Shown here: positions 17,393-25,197 of the stretch, piece by piece
Layout of the letters: every line of letters begins with the position of its first letter
Position numbering within the stretch: the stretch's first letter is position 1
Origin: Candidatus Woesearchaeota archaeon
GTDB lineage: Archaea > Nanobdellota > Nanobdellia > Pacearchaeales > GW2011-AR1
Direction of reading: 5' to 3'
Assembly: GCA_964421685.1 (NCBI GenBank)
Contig: CAYQXU010000001.1
Location: 1 to 41,607, forward strand
Length of the DNA: 41,607 nt
The notes under the pieces: model-generated
Seen by the model: only the letters and a program-made list of their open reading frames with translations
Told to the model about the DNA's origin: nothing
Database searches by the model: none
Translations under genes and position numbers: made by a program

Positions 17393-18313
17393 TTATATTA
17401 CCGCAACATTCCACGATCCGTATGCGGAAGATGAATATGACTGCTGGCTTAGGCTTGAAGGCAGTCCTGTAAGACAGAAGTATAAATTTTGCTGTCCTGA
17501 TGTAAAGTTTCCGTAGTTTAATGAATTATTCCCTCTTTGAAGCAATGCTGAGGTTATGTTTTTGGAGGTTGCATTAGCCATTGTTGTTCCTGAACAGCCT
17601 TGAGATATATTCTGAACACTGAAGTTTGCAGCATAAATAAATTCAGTGAGAGTTGTTTCTCCTCTTAAATCGTAAGCTGTAACATTAGTGTCGACAACTT
17701 CATCATTTCCTGTGTTATTTATTATTATTGGATCATTGTTTGAGCCTGTATTTGTAGTTGAAGCAGTTATTGTTGTCCATGTTAATGCTGTAGGACTCAT
17801 AACCATTGATGTAAGTGTGTTATATGTGAATGTTGTTGATGAGTTTTCTGCATAGCTTCCGCTATTGTCTTTTATTGTTGCATTAATTGTCCATGCTGCA
17901 GGCTTGTCGAAATATTGCATTGAAATTGTGCATGTAAAATTAATGTTGTTTCCAACACCTATAGATGTATTTATGCAGGAAGTGTTTGATCTCGTTGTTT
18001 CACCTGAAAATTGAAAGTAAGCTTTAGCAGAGCTTAAATTAATGTTTGAACTTCCATCTACATCATTTGCTGTATAGTTGAATGTTATTGCCTTTGTTGA
18101 AGATTCTGTTGGATTTTGCGATGAAATTGCATTAACAATAGTTACTGTTGGGGCTGTGTTTCCAATTGTTATATTTAAAGAAGCTGTACCTGAAGTTGCC
18201 TTACCTGTTATTTTTGGACTTTTGAAAAAATCAAAAATCCCTGCAGATACAAATGTAGTTATAATTATTCCGACTATGACTATCATAAAAAGAACATAAA
18301 CCTCCTTTCTCAT
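17393..18313 (-). CDS. Secreted 306-aa paralog of the membrane-proximal ectodomain of the 1521-aa protein
   Basis: Own signal peptide. aa about 55-306 align with aa about 1080-1330 of the ORF at 18352..22917, including DNA blocks with 100% identity. Ends at ...YGSWNVAVI without an anchor. Confidence 0.7.
   Translation of the reverse strand: MRKEVYVLFMIVIVGIIITTFVSAGIFDFFKSPKITGKATSGTASLNITIGNTAPTVTIVNAISSQNPTESSTKAITFNYTANDVDGSSNINLSSAKAYFQFSGETTRSNTSCINTSIGVGNNINFTCTISMQYFDKPAAWTINATIKDNSGSYAENSSTTFTYNTLTSMVMSPTALTWTTITASTTNTGSNNDPIIINNTGNDEVVDTNVTAYDLRGETTLTEFIYAANFSVQNISQGCSGTTMANATSKNITSALLQRGNNSLNYGNFTSGQQNLYFCLTGLPSSLSQQSYSSSAYGSWNVAVI
17411..18155. repeat. Direct repeat, copy A (partner at 18934-19675)
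   Basis: Mosaic similarity. Exact blocks at 17418-17566 = 18941-19089 (149 bp) and 17790-17944 = 19313-19467 (155 bp) are separated by diverged patches. Confidence 0.9.
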
Positions 18314-18351
18314 TTTAAAGATAGCACTTAGCCATTTTTAAATATTATTGT

Positions 18352-21300
18352 TCATTTTTTTACTGCTTTTTTGTATATGCTTCCTATATTTCTCTGGTCT
18401 CTTTCAACTAACGACGATATTTCTGAATATTTAAGGCCCTTTTCTTTTAGATGAACAACTATTGATTCTAGTATTGTCAGCTTTCTATTCTTGAATATTT
18501 CTATCGGCAGGGTGTAGCCTTTTTCTTTTATCATTAAAGGATCTTTCTTCTTTTCATAAGCTTTCTTGTAGGCTGTCCATATTGTTCTTTCATCTCTCAA
18601 CAATTGCTTTGAAATTTCCCTATAGTTCATTCCAAGGTTTTCCTTCATGTATTTAACTAAAGATTCTAGCGCTCCTAGTTCTTTTGTGAATATAGACACT
18701 GGGATATTCTTTTGCTTCATTTCTATTATTTCTGCAATCTCTTTTTCACTCAAGCCATATCTTTCTTTCATTTCCTTGATTATTATTTCCAGCAGCTCTT
18801 TTTTATCAAGTGTATATTTTTCTTTTAGCTCGTCCATAATTAACCCTAAAGCCTTGACAAGTCTGTCTTCCTTGATCCCTTTCTTTTTCTTTCTTGATTT
18901 AGGAATTATAAGAGCGAGAAGCACTGTTACACTCCACGACCCGTATGCGGAAGATGAATATGACTGCTGGCTTAGGCTTGAAGGCAGTCCTGTAAGACAG
19001 AAGTATAAATTTTGCTGTCCTGATGTAAAGTTTCCGTAGTTTAATGAATTATTCCCTCTTTGAAGCAATGCTGAGGTTATGTTTTTGGATGTTGCATTAG
19101 CCATTGTTGTTCCAGAACAGCCTTGGGATATATTCTGGATGCTGAAATTTGCAGCATAAATAAATTCTGTTGTAGTTGTTTCCCCCCTTAAATTATAAGC
19201 TGTGACATTTGTATCAAGAACTTCATCATTTCCTGTGTTATTTATCAAGATAGGGTCATTATTGGAGCCTACATTCGTCTGCCATGTAACAATCTGATCC
19301 CATCCTAGCGACGTAGGACTCATAACCATTGATGTAAGTGTGTTATATGTGAATGTTGTTGATGAGTTTTCTGCATAGCTTCCGCTATTGTCTTTTATTG
19401 TTGCATTAATTGTCCATGCTGCAGGCTTGTCGAAATATTGCATTGAAATTGTGCATGTAAAATTAATATCATTGCCGACTGGGACAGAGGTATTTATGCA
19501 GCTTGTGTTCTGTCTTGTTGTTTCACCTGAAAATTGAAAGTAAGCTGCTGCAGTGCTGATATTGATTGTAGAGCCGCCGTTTGCATCTGTTGCTGTGAAG
19601 TTGAATGTTATTGCCTTTGTTGAAGATTCTGTTGGATTTTGCGCAGAGATTGCGTTAACTGCTCCTATTGTTGGAGCTACTTGGCTGATTATGTTGACAA
19701 CATAGGAATTATTTAATCCTAAATTTCCTGCGCTGTCATTAACGTACACATTTATTGTTCTATTTCCATCTGCAAGACTTGTCAAGGGGATTGATGTTGT
19801 GTTACACCAACCATTGGATACAGATAGAGTTGTATTTGTTCCATTTACTTCAATACTACATGAAACAGGTAAGGTTGTCACATCAGTTGCAGAAATGTTT
19901 AGTGTTAGAGTAGCTGTATTTTGTTTTTGAGTTGCGTTAGTATAGGCAGGCAGAGTTATTGTAGGTGCAGTCGTATCTACAATAAATGTCCTGTTTGCTG
20001 ACGTGAATGCAGAATTTCCCACAGTATCATTTCCCCAAGCAGCCCAAACGTATTTTCCATCGGAAATGCTTGCTACTGTGACGTTCCACCATGAATTATT
20101 TAATGGAGTTGCGTTTGTCTGATTTGCTATCCAACTCCCACTCCAATTTCCATAGAGTGCTAAATAGTTAACTGCCACATTATCTGCTATTTTTAGATCA
20201 AAAGTAACTGATTTTGAACTTGAATTGTAATTGTCTACGGGATTTGTTCCAAAAGTTAGATTTGGGGCTACTGCGTCAACTATTATTGTCCTATTGCTTG
20301 ACCAACCCTCGCCCCCAGAAGAATCATTACACCTTATTCCCCAAATAAAACTTGAGTTAGATAAACCACTTGTTGATAGATTATACCATGTAGCGTTAGT
20401 TGGAGAAGATTGGGTTGTTTTTGCTGCCCATGTTCCTGTGTCGTTTGTCCATATTTCCAAAGCTGATAATGTGGAATCTATGTCGTCAGTACACTTAGCA
20501 TCAAATACAGCTGTTGTACTAGCAGTAGTGTTTGCATTAGCAGGATTTGTTCCAAGAGCAGCTATTGGATTTAAATCTACTTTAGTTACATTGAGCTGTG
20601 AATTATTTCCTGAAGAATTAAATAAAACATATCCTCGATAAGTACCATTATACCATAACTCAGTTCCAATGAAATGTCCAGCGGGAAGCAGGTATCCTGA
20701 AGAATTTGAACAACCTGTGGAATTGCTTCTGTATGTTGGAGCAATTTGATTACAATTAAAACTAAGTGGACTCGAGCAAATTTGTGCTTTTGTTCCACAA
20801 GCTGAGTCAGTACAGTCAAGTACACGATATAGATTTATGTAACGGTCTTTTGTTAAAGTACTGTTTGATGCATTGCACCAGATACCTATTGGGAAAGCTC
20901 CAGAGAGATTTGTGTTTACTGCGAAAGAACTGCTAATAAAATACACAGATTGATTTCCGGTGGCAACCCAATCAGCAACCGCCGATCCTGTTGAAGTACC
21001 TAAAGACTGATTAGACACATTTCCTGAAGAAGATATTCCTCTGAAATAATAAGTTGTTAAAACGTTTGTTGGATCGACAATGTGATCAATTTCAACACTT
21101 CCTCCGACAACTTTTAAATCAAATGTCTCTTGGCTGTTTTGCAAGCTTGTTAAAAGAACTTTGTTGTATTGATTATCTTGGATGTTTGTGAATTCTGCTA
21201 TTTTTGTACTCGAGTCTTTTTCATAAACTTCTATTTTTGGCGAGCCACTTATTTTTCTTGGATAAATGGTTATATCATTTGAAGATGTAAGATTTTTTTC

Positions 21301-22917
21301 GAAAGTTACTCTTACGTAATCTTGGTTTGGAATAGTTTCGCTCCAAATTCCATCAAGTTTTTTCACTTCTTCGTAAATATCTGAGAGGAAGTTTTTATCT
21401 TTATCTAAGTGTTCGGCCTTTGTAATAACTATAATTTCAAATGTCTGGTTGCTTAAGCTAGGGACGAGCCATTCTATATAGTCATAAATTCCGTTGCTGT
21501 CTTTATCTTGCACAGAGCTTGGAGATAGATAAGTATTTTGCTCTATCCAATGAATTTTTATTCTTGAGGGATCTTTTAATTTAAGAGATTCTGGCAGATT
21601 TGTGAATGCAAGAACATTTGTGTAGTGGATTCCATCTGGAGAAGAAATCTTTATTCTTTTCCCTCTTGAAATTGTTTCTTCTAAAACTGATGGGGCAGGG
21701 GTTTCGTATTCTAATTCATATATGGAAGAAGAATCCCCTATAGAAATTTCAAGAACAGATGGTCCGGATTGGGAAGGACTCATTTCTTTCTCCGAGACAT
21801 CTGCTTTGATTTCCTTCAATTTTATTTTTTGAGCATCTTTAGGAATTGATATTTTTGTTTTGCCTGTTTTTTTTGGCGTAATTGTTTGCTTCCACTTTAC
21901 ACTTTCTCCTATTTTTCCAGGAAGCTGTATTGTTGTTATATTAAAATCTTGAGTCATGTTTTCTGCTGTTTCATTAACGTTTGTTATGTTGGTTTCTGTT
22001 ATGTTTCTTGGAGGAGTTATTGTTATATTTGTAATGTTTTCTTCTGGTGCTATTTCAGGCACTTTTGGCTTTTCTATGATAATTCCATAGTTTATCCTAT
22101 GAATTTTTAGTACTGTTCCAGCCCCTCCACCATCACCCCGACCACCCACCCCTTCATTCGAAATTTCAATCTTTATATTGTAAGATGACTTATTTAACAA
22201 AAGAGATTCTATATTGCATGTTTCTTCGCAGATATTGGAGAAATTAATGATTTTTATTTGCGAAGGAATTTCCTCACTTGCATTTGTTGCATTTGAAGAA
22301 GTGCCGAAAAACGATTCTTGAATTGCTCCTTGCTTTGAGTTTGGAAAAATTGAACTATCTAAAATTAAGATTTTATCAAGGTAAACTTTAACGATTCCTT
22401 CCCCTTTAATTAGACCATCAATATTGACATAACTTAAATTTCCTTGATTTTCAAGTTTCCATTCATAAGTTGTTGAGTCATTAGTTTCTATGTTTATTTC
22501 TTGAAAAAATTCTTGCTTCTCAATGCTAATTTCAGGAGCTCTCCCTTCTGAAACTAAAAATCCAGTGAGTTTTATGTTTGCTAGTTGAGAGAAAGCGAAT
22601 GTGAGTGCGATTAAAATTATTGAGAAAATTAATATGTTTATTGTGTGATTTTTAATTATGTGTTTTTTATGTTTTTTTATTTCAATTTCACACTCTTTTA
22701 TGTGATTATCATAGTGATTAATGTATTCATGAATATTTTTTCCATCGTGCTTTTTATGATGTGTTTCAATAAAATTAGCATATGTAATTTGTTTTTTATG
22801 ATAAGCATGATGTAGGTTTTCTAAGTAATTCTGGAGATGTTTTTTTCTAATATTTGCTTCTTTAATTTGCTCTTTGAGCTGGGCTATAGAAGCTTTTGCT
22901 AAGCGAGTCCTTTTCAT
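18352..22917 (-). CDS. Giant (1521 aa) two-TM surface protein with His-rich N-terminal and tandem-HTH C-terminal cytoplasmic domains
   Basis: aa 1-92: His/Lys-rich. TM at aa 93-112. About 1200 aa of sequon-rich ectodomain with Ig-like modules. A short hydrophobic segment (VTVLLALIIP) plus KSRKKKKG. A 182-aa tail with two Tfx/LuxR/sigma-r4-like HTH repeats. Confidence 0.8.
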   Translation of the reverse strand: MKRTRLAKASIAQLKEQIKEANIRKKHLQNYLENLHHAYHKKQITYANFIETHHKKHDGKNIHEYINHYDNHIKECEIEIKKHKKHIIKNHTINILIFSIILIALTFAFSQLANIKLTGFLVSEGRAPEISIEKQEFFQEINIETNDSTTYEWKLENQGNLSYVNIDGLIKGEGIVKVYLDKILILDSSIFPNSKQGAIQESFFGTSSNATNASEEIPSQIKIINFSNICEETCNIESLLLNKSSYNIKIEISNEGVGGRGDGGGAGTVLKIHRINYGIIIEKPKVPEIAPEENITNITITPPRNITETNITNVNETAENMTQDFNITTIQLPGKIGESVKWKQTITPKKTGKTKISIPKDAQKIKLKEIKADVSEKEMSPSQSGPSVLEISIGDSSSIYELEYETPAPSVLEETISRGKRIKISSPDGIHYTNVLAFTNLPESLKLKDPSRIKIHWIEQNTYLSPSSVQDKDSNGIYDYIEWLVPSLSNQTFEIIVITKAEHLDKDKNFLSDIYEEVKKLDGIWSETIPNQDYVRVTFEKNLTSSNDITIYPRKISGSPKIEVYEKDSSTKIAEFTNIQDNQYNKVLLTSLQNSQETFDLKVVGGSVEIDHIVDPTNVLTTYYFRGISSSGNVSNQSLGTSTGSAVADWVATGNQSVYFISSSFAVNTNLSGAFPIGIWCNASNSTLTKDRYINLYRVLDCTDSACGTKAQICSSPLSFNCNQIAPTYRSNSTGCSNSSGYLLPAGHFIGTELWYNGTYRGYVLFNSSGNNSQLNVTKVDLNPIAALGTNPANANTTASTTAVFDAKCTDDIDSTLSALEIWTNDTGTWAAKTTQSSPTNATWYNLSTSGLSNSSFIWGIRCNDSSGGEGWSSNRTIIVDAVAPNLTFGTNPVDNYNSSSKSVTFDLKIADNVAVNYLALYGNWSGSWIANQTNATPLNNSWWNVTVASISDGKYVWAAWGNDTVGNSAFTSANRTFIVDTTAPTITLPAYTNATQKQNTATLTLNISATDVTTLPVSCSIEVNGTNTTLSVSNGWCNTTSIPLTSLADGNRTINVYVNDSAGNLGLNNSYVVNIISQVAPTIGAVNAISAQNPTESSTKAITFNFTATDANGGSTINISTAAAYFQFSGETTRQNTSCINTSVPVGNDINFTCTISMQYFDKPAAWTINATIKDNSGSYAENSSTTFTYNTLTSMVMSPTSLGWDQIVTWQTNVGSNNDPILINNTGNDEVLDTNVTAYNLRGETTTTEFIYAANFSIQNISQGCSGTTMANATSKNITSALLQRGNNSLNYGNFTSGQQNLYFCLTGLPSSLSQQSYSSSAYGSWSVTVLLALIIPKSRKKKKGIKEDRLVKALGLIMDELKEKYTLDKKELLEIIIKEMKERYGLSEKEIAEIIEMKQKNIPVSIFTKELGALESLVKYMKENLGMNYREISKQLLRDERTIWTAYKKAYEKKKDPLMIKEKGYTLPIEIFKNRKLTILESIVVHLKEKGLKYSEISSLVERDQRNIGSIYKKAVKK
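18934..19675. repeat. Direct repeat, copy B (partner at 17411-18155)
   Basis: See copy A. Same orientation, offset about 1.5 kb. Confidence 0.9.
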
Positions 22918-23042
22918 ACTTATTATTTATGTATTTATATTTATAAATATATGTAAAAATATAAAAAGTACTTATTATTAATGTATAGAGGCTTTTGTGG
23001 TAGCTAAGAAAGATTTATAATGTTTTGTAGTTACTAATTGTC

Positions 23043-23192
23043 ATGGCGTTTATTGTTAAAAAAAAGATTAGTGGAAAGGAGTATTATTATCTTAATGAAA
23101 CTAAAAGAGAAAATGGGAAAGTTGTTAGCAAACATATAGCTTATCTAGGGAAAAATAAAGAAGAGGCTGAAAAAAGGCGAAAAATATTTTAA
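23043..23192 (+). CDS. Possible 49-aa protein
   Basis: Hand-translated as MAFIVKKKISGKEYYYLNETKRENGKVVSKHIAYLGKNKEEAEKRRKIF. It shares the K.I.GK.Y.Y....R..GK......LG pattern with the N-terminus of the Fic protein at 34743. Confidence 0.35.
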   Translation: MAFIVKKKISGKEYYYLNETKRENGKVVSKHIAYLGKNKEEAEKRRKIF

Positions 23193-23215
23193 ATGGTTTT
23201 AAGCAAGTTAATAGG

Positions 23216-24781
23216 ATGACTGAAAATAAAGTAGATAGAGTAAAAATTAGTTTAGTTAAGAAAGAAATTTCTGTAGATGAAATGGCTGCTTTTTGCAAGA
23301 GAAAGGGATTTGCCTATCCTTCTTCAGAGATTTATGGAGGATTGGCAGGGTTTTATGATTATGGCAGCTTAGGTTTTTTATTAAAGAAAAACTTTGAAAA
23401 TGTTTGGAGAAGTTTTTTTCTAGGGCTTAATGATAACTTTGTTGAAATTGAATCTTCTGAGGTTATGCCTGAAAAAGTTTTTGTAGGGAGCGGGCATTTA
23501 AAAAATTTTAATGATTTTGCAGCTAAATGCAAGAAAGGACATATTGAAAGAGCAGATCATTTACTTGAAAAAAACCTAAATCAAAGGTTTGAGGGGCTGA
23601 GTGCTGAAGAGTTGTTTGGAAAAATAAAAGAGAACAAGATTAAGTGCTCCATTTGCGGCTCTGAAATTGAATTTGTAGAAATTACCAATATGATGTTTCC
23701 TATTCAATTAGGTTTTGGAAATAATATAAAAGCCTTTTTGAGACCTGAAACGGCCCAAAGCCCTTATGTTAATTTTAAAATTCAGTCAGAGGTTATGAGG
23801 AAAAAACTTCCTTTGGGAATTGCTTTAATTGGAAGGGCTTATAGAAATGAGCTGTCTCCTAGAAACTTTTTACTGAGACAGAGAGCATTTACACAGGCAG
23901 AGCTTCAAATATTTTTCAACCCTTCAAAAATAGACGAACATGAGGAATTCGATGAAATTAAAGACTATTTTCTCAGAGTTGTTCTTAGTGATGAAAGAGA
24001 GAAAGGAATTCAGAAAGTAAAATGCCAGGATTTATTGAAGAAAATACCTAAGTTTTATGTTTATTATCTTGCAAAGGTTCAACAATTTTATTTTGATATT
24101 TTAAATTTTCCAGAGGATAAATTTAGATTTTATGAACTAAATCATGATGAAAAGGCGTTTTATAACAAATATCACTTTGATATGGAAGCAGAGCTTGATT
24201 TTTTGGGCTGGACAGAAATTGGGGGAGTTCATTATAGGACTGATCATGACTTAAAAGGCCATCAAGAAGTTTCAAAGGAAAATCTTGCTTTCTATGATGA
24301 TGAAACTAAAGATAAATTTATTCCACATGTTCTTGAGTTAAGTTTTGGTGTAGATAGAAATTTTTACTCGATTATGAATTTTTCTTATTTTTTTGATTCA
24401 AAGATGGAAAATATTGTTTTGAAAATCCCTCCGAAGTTAGCCCCTATAAAAGCTTCTGTATTTCCTATTGTAAAAGTTGATGAAAACATCGTCAAATATG
24501 CTAGAGATATCTTTAACGGGCTTAAGAAACATTTTAATGTAATTTACGATGATGGGGGTTCCATAGGCAGAAGATATTCAAGAGCTGACGAAGGTGGGAT
24601 TCCATTTTGCATAACTATTGATGAGCAAGCTTTGAAAGATAAAACAGTTACGATAAGAGATCGAGATAGTACTGAACAGGTTAGGGTAAAGGTTGTTGAA
24701 ATAAAAAACTTCATCGAAAGAGTTCTTTCTGGAGAAAATCCTCTAAAACTTGGAAAAATTATTCAAACTAGGAAAAAATAA
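23216..24781 (+). CDS. glyS: Glycine--tRNA ligase (archaeal/eukaryotic alpha2 type)
   Basis: 521 aa. Class II motifs (FLRPETAQ, GRAYRNE.SPR), a Cys-containing insertion, and a C-terminal anticodon-binding domain (GSIGRRYSRADEGGIPFCITID). Confidence 0.93.
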   Translation: MTENKVDRVKISLVKKEISVDEMAAFCKRKGFAYPSSEIYGGLAGFYDYGSLGFLLKKNFENVWRSFFLGLNDNFVEIESSEVMPEKVFVGSGHLKNFNDFAAKCKKGHIERADHLLEKNLNQRFEGLSAEELFGKIKENKIKCSICGSEIEFVEITNMMFPIQLGFGNNIKAFLRPETAQSPYVNFKIQSEVMRKKLPLGIALIGRAYRNELSPRNFLLRQRAFTQAELQIFFNPSKIDEHEEFDEIKDYFLRVVLSDEREKGIQKVKCQDLLKKIPKFYVYYLAKVQQFYFDILNFPEDKFRFYELNHDEKAFYNKYHFDMEAELDFLGWTEIGGVHYRTDHDLKGHQEVSKENLAFYDDETKDKFIPHVLELSFGVDRNFYSIMNFSYFFDSKMENIVLKIPPKLAPIKASVFPIVKVDENIVKYARDIFNGLKKHFNVIYDDGGSIGRRYSRADEGGIPFCITIDEQALKDKTVTIRDRDSTEQVRVKVVEIKNFIERVLSGENPLKLGKIIQTRKK

Positions 24782-24909
24782 ATAGCTTTTTATAAAAATT
24801 ATTGTTTCTCGACGGGAAAAAATATTGATTAGAATATGCAAAAATTTACTTTTACATAAAATTTATAAACAAACTTTTCCTAATTTATTTAAATAAAACA
24901 AGAGGTGAT

Positions 24910-24972
24910 ATGAAATGGCAAAAAAGAAAGCTAAAAAGAAAAAAAGAAGATAAAACTTCTAATTTATTTTAA
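24910..24972 (+). CDS. Candidate ribosomal protein eL41-like micro-ORF
   Basis: MKWQKRKLKRKKEDKTSNLF is preceded by GAGGTGAT (a match to the anti-SD). KW.KRK.KRK resembles eL41. The overlapping frame MAKKKAKKKKRR is an alternative reading. Confidence 0.3.
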   Translation: MKWQKRKLKRKKEDKTSNLF

Positions 24973-25102
24973 TTTTATTTTTATTTATTAAGGCTTGACA
25001 ATATTTTGACTATTTCTTTTTATTATTCTTATTATAATAATTCAAATGCAGATTTTTTAAATTGCTTCGTTTAAAATAAATTTTCTTAAGCTCATTTATT
25101 TT

Positions 25103-25197
25103 GTGAATGGCTTTGCCAGAAGAACAGCTTCTTTAAATCCATTTGCTTCGTAAATGGCTTTGACAGAAAAAGAATTTTCTTTAAATCCATACAAGTA
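25103..25197. repeat. Two tandem ~46-nt degenerate copies of the tRNA 3' end
   Basis: GTGAATGGCTTTGCCAGAAGAACAGCTTCTTTAAATCCAT and GTAAATGGCTTTGACAGAAAAAGAATTTTCTTTAAATCCAT directly abut GTATGGCTTTGAGGAGAATTTAACTCC, which is the tRNA 3' end on the plus strand. Confidence 0.6.

Noticed and set aside
17411-19675. Diversity-generating retroelement (template/variable repeat pair) as the explanation for the mosaic repeat.
   Set aside because: The mismatches between the two copies include G>T, T>A, A>G, C>T and indels, not adenine-specific substitutions. The repeat is ~740 bp, much longer than typical TR/VR pairs. No reverse transcriptase gene is present in the window.
22120-22150. RGD tripeptide in a Gly-rich loop (GVGGRGDGGGAG) of the 1521-aa protein.
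   Set aside because: A tripeptide in a low-complexity Gly stretch is expected by chance, and there is no evidence for integrin-like recognition in this context.
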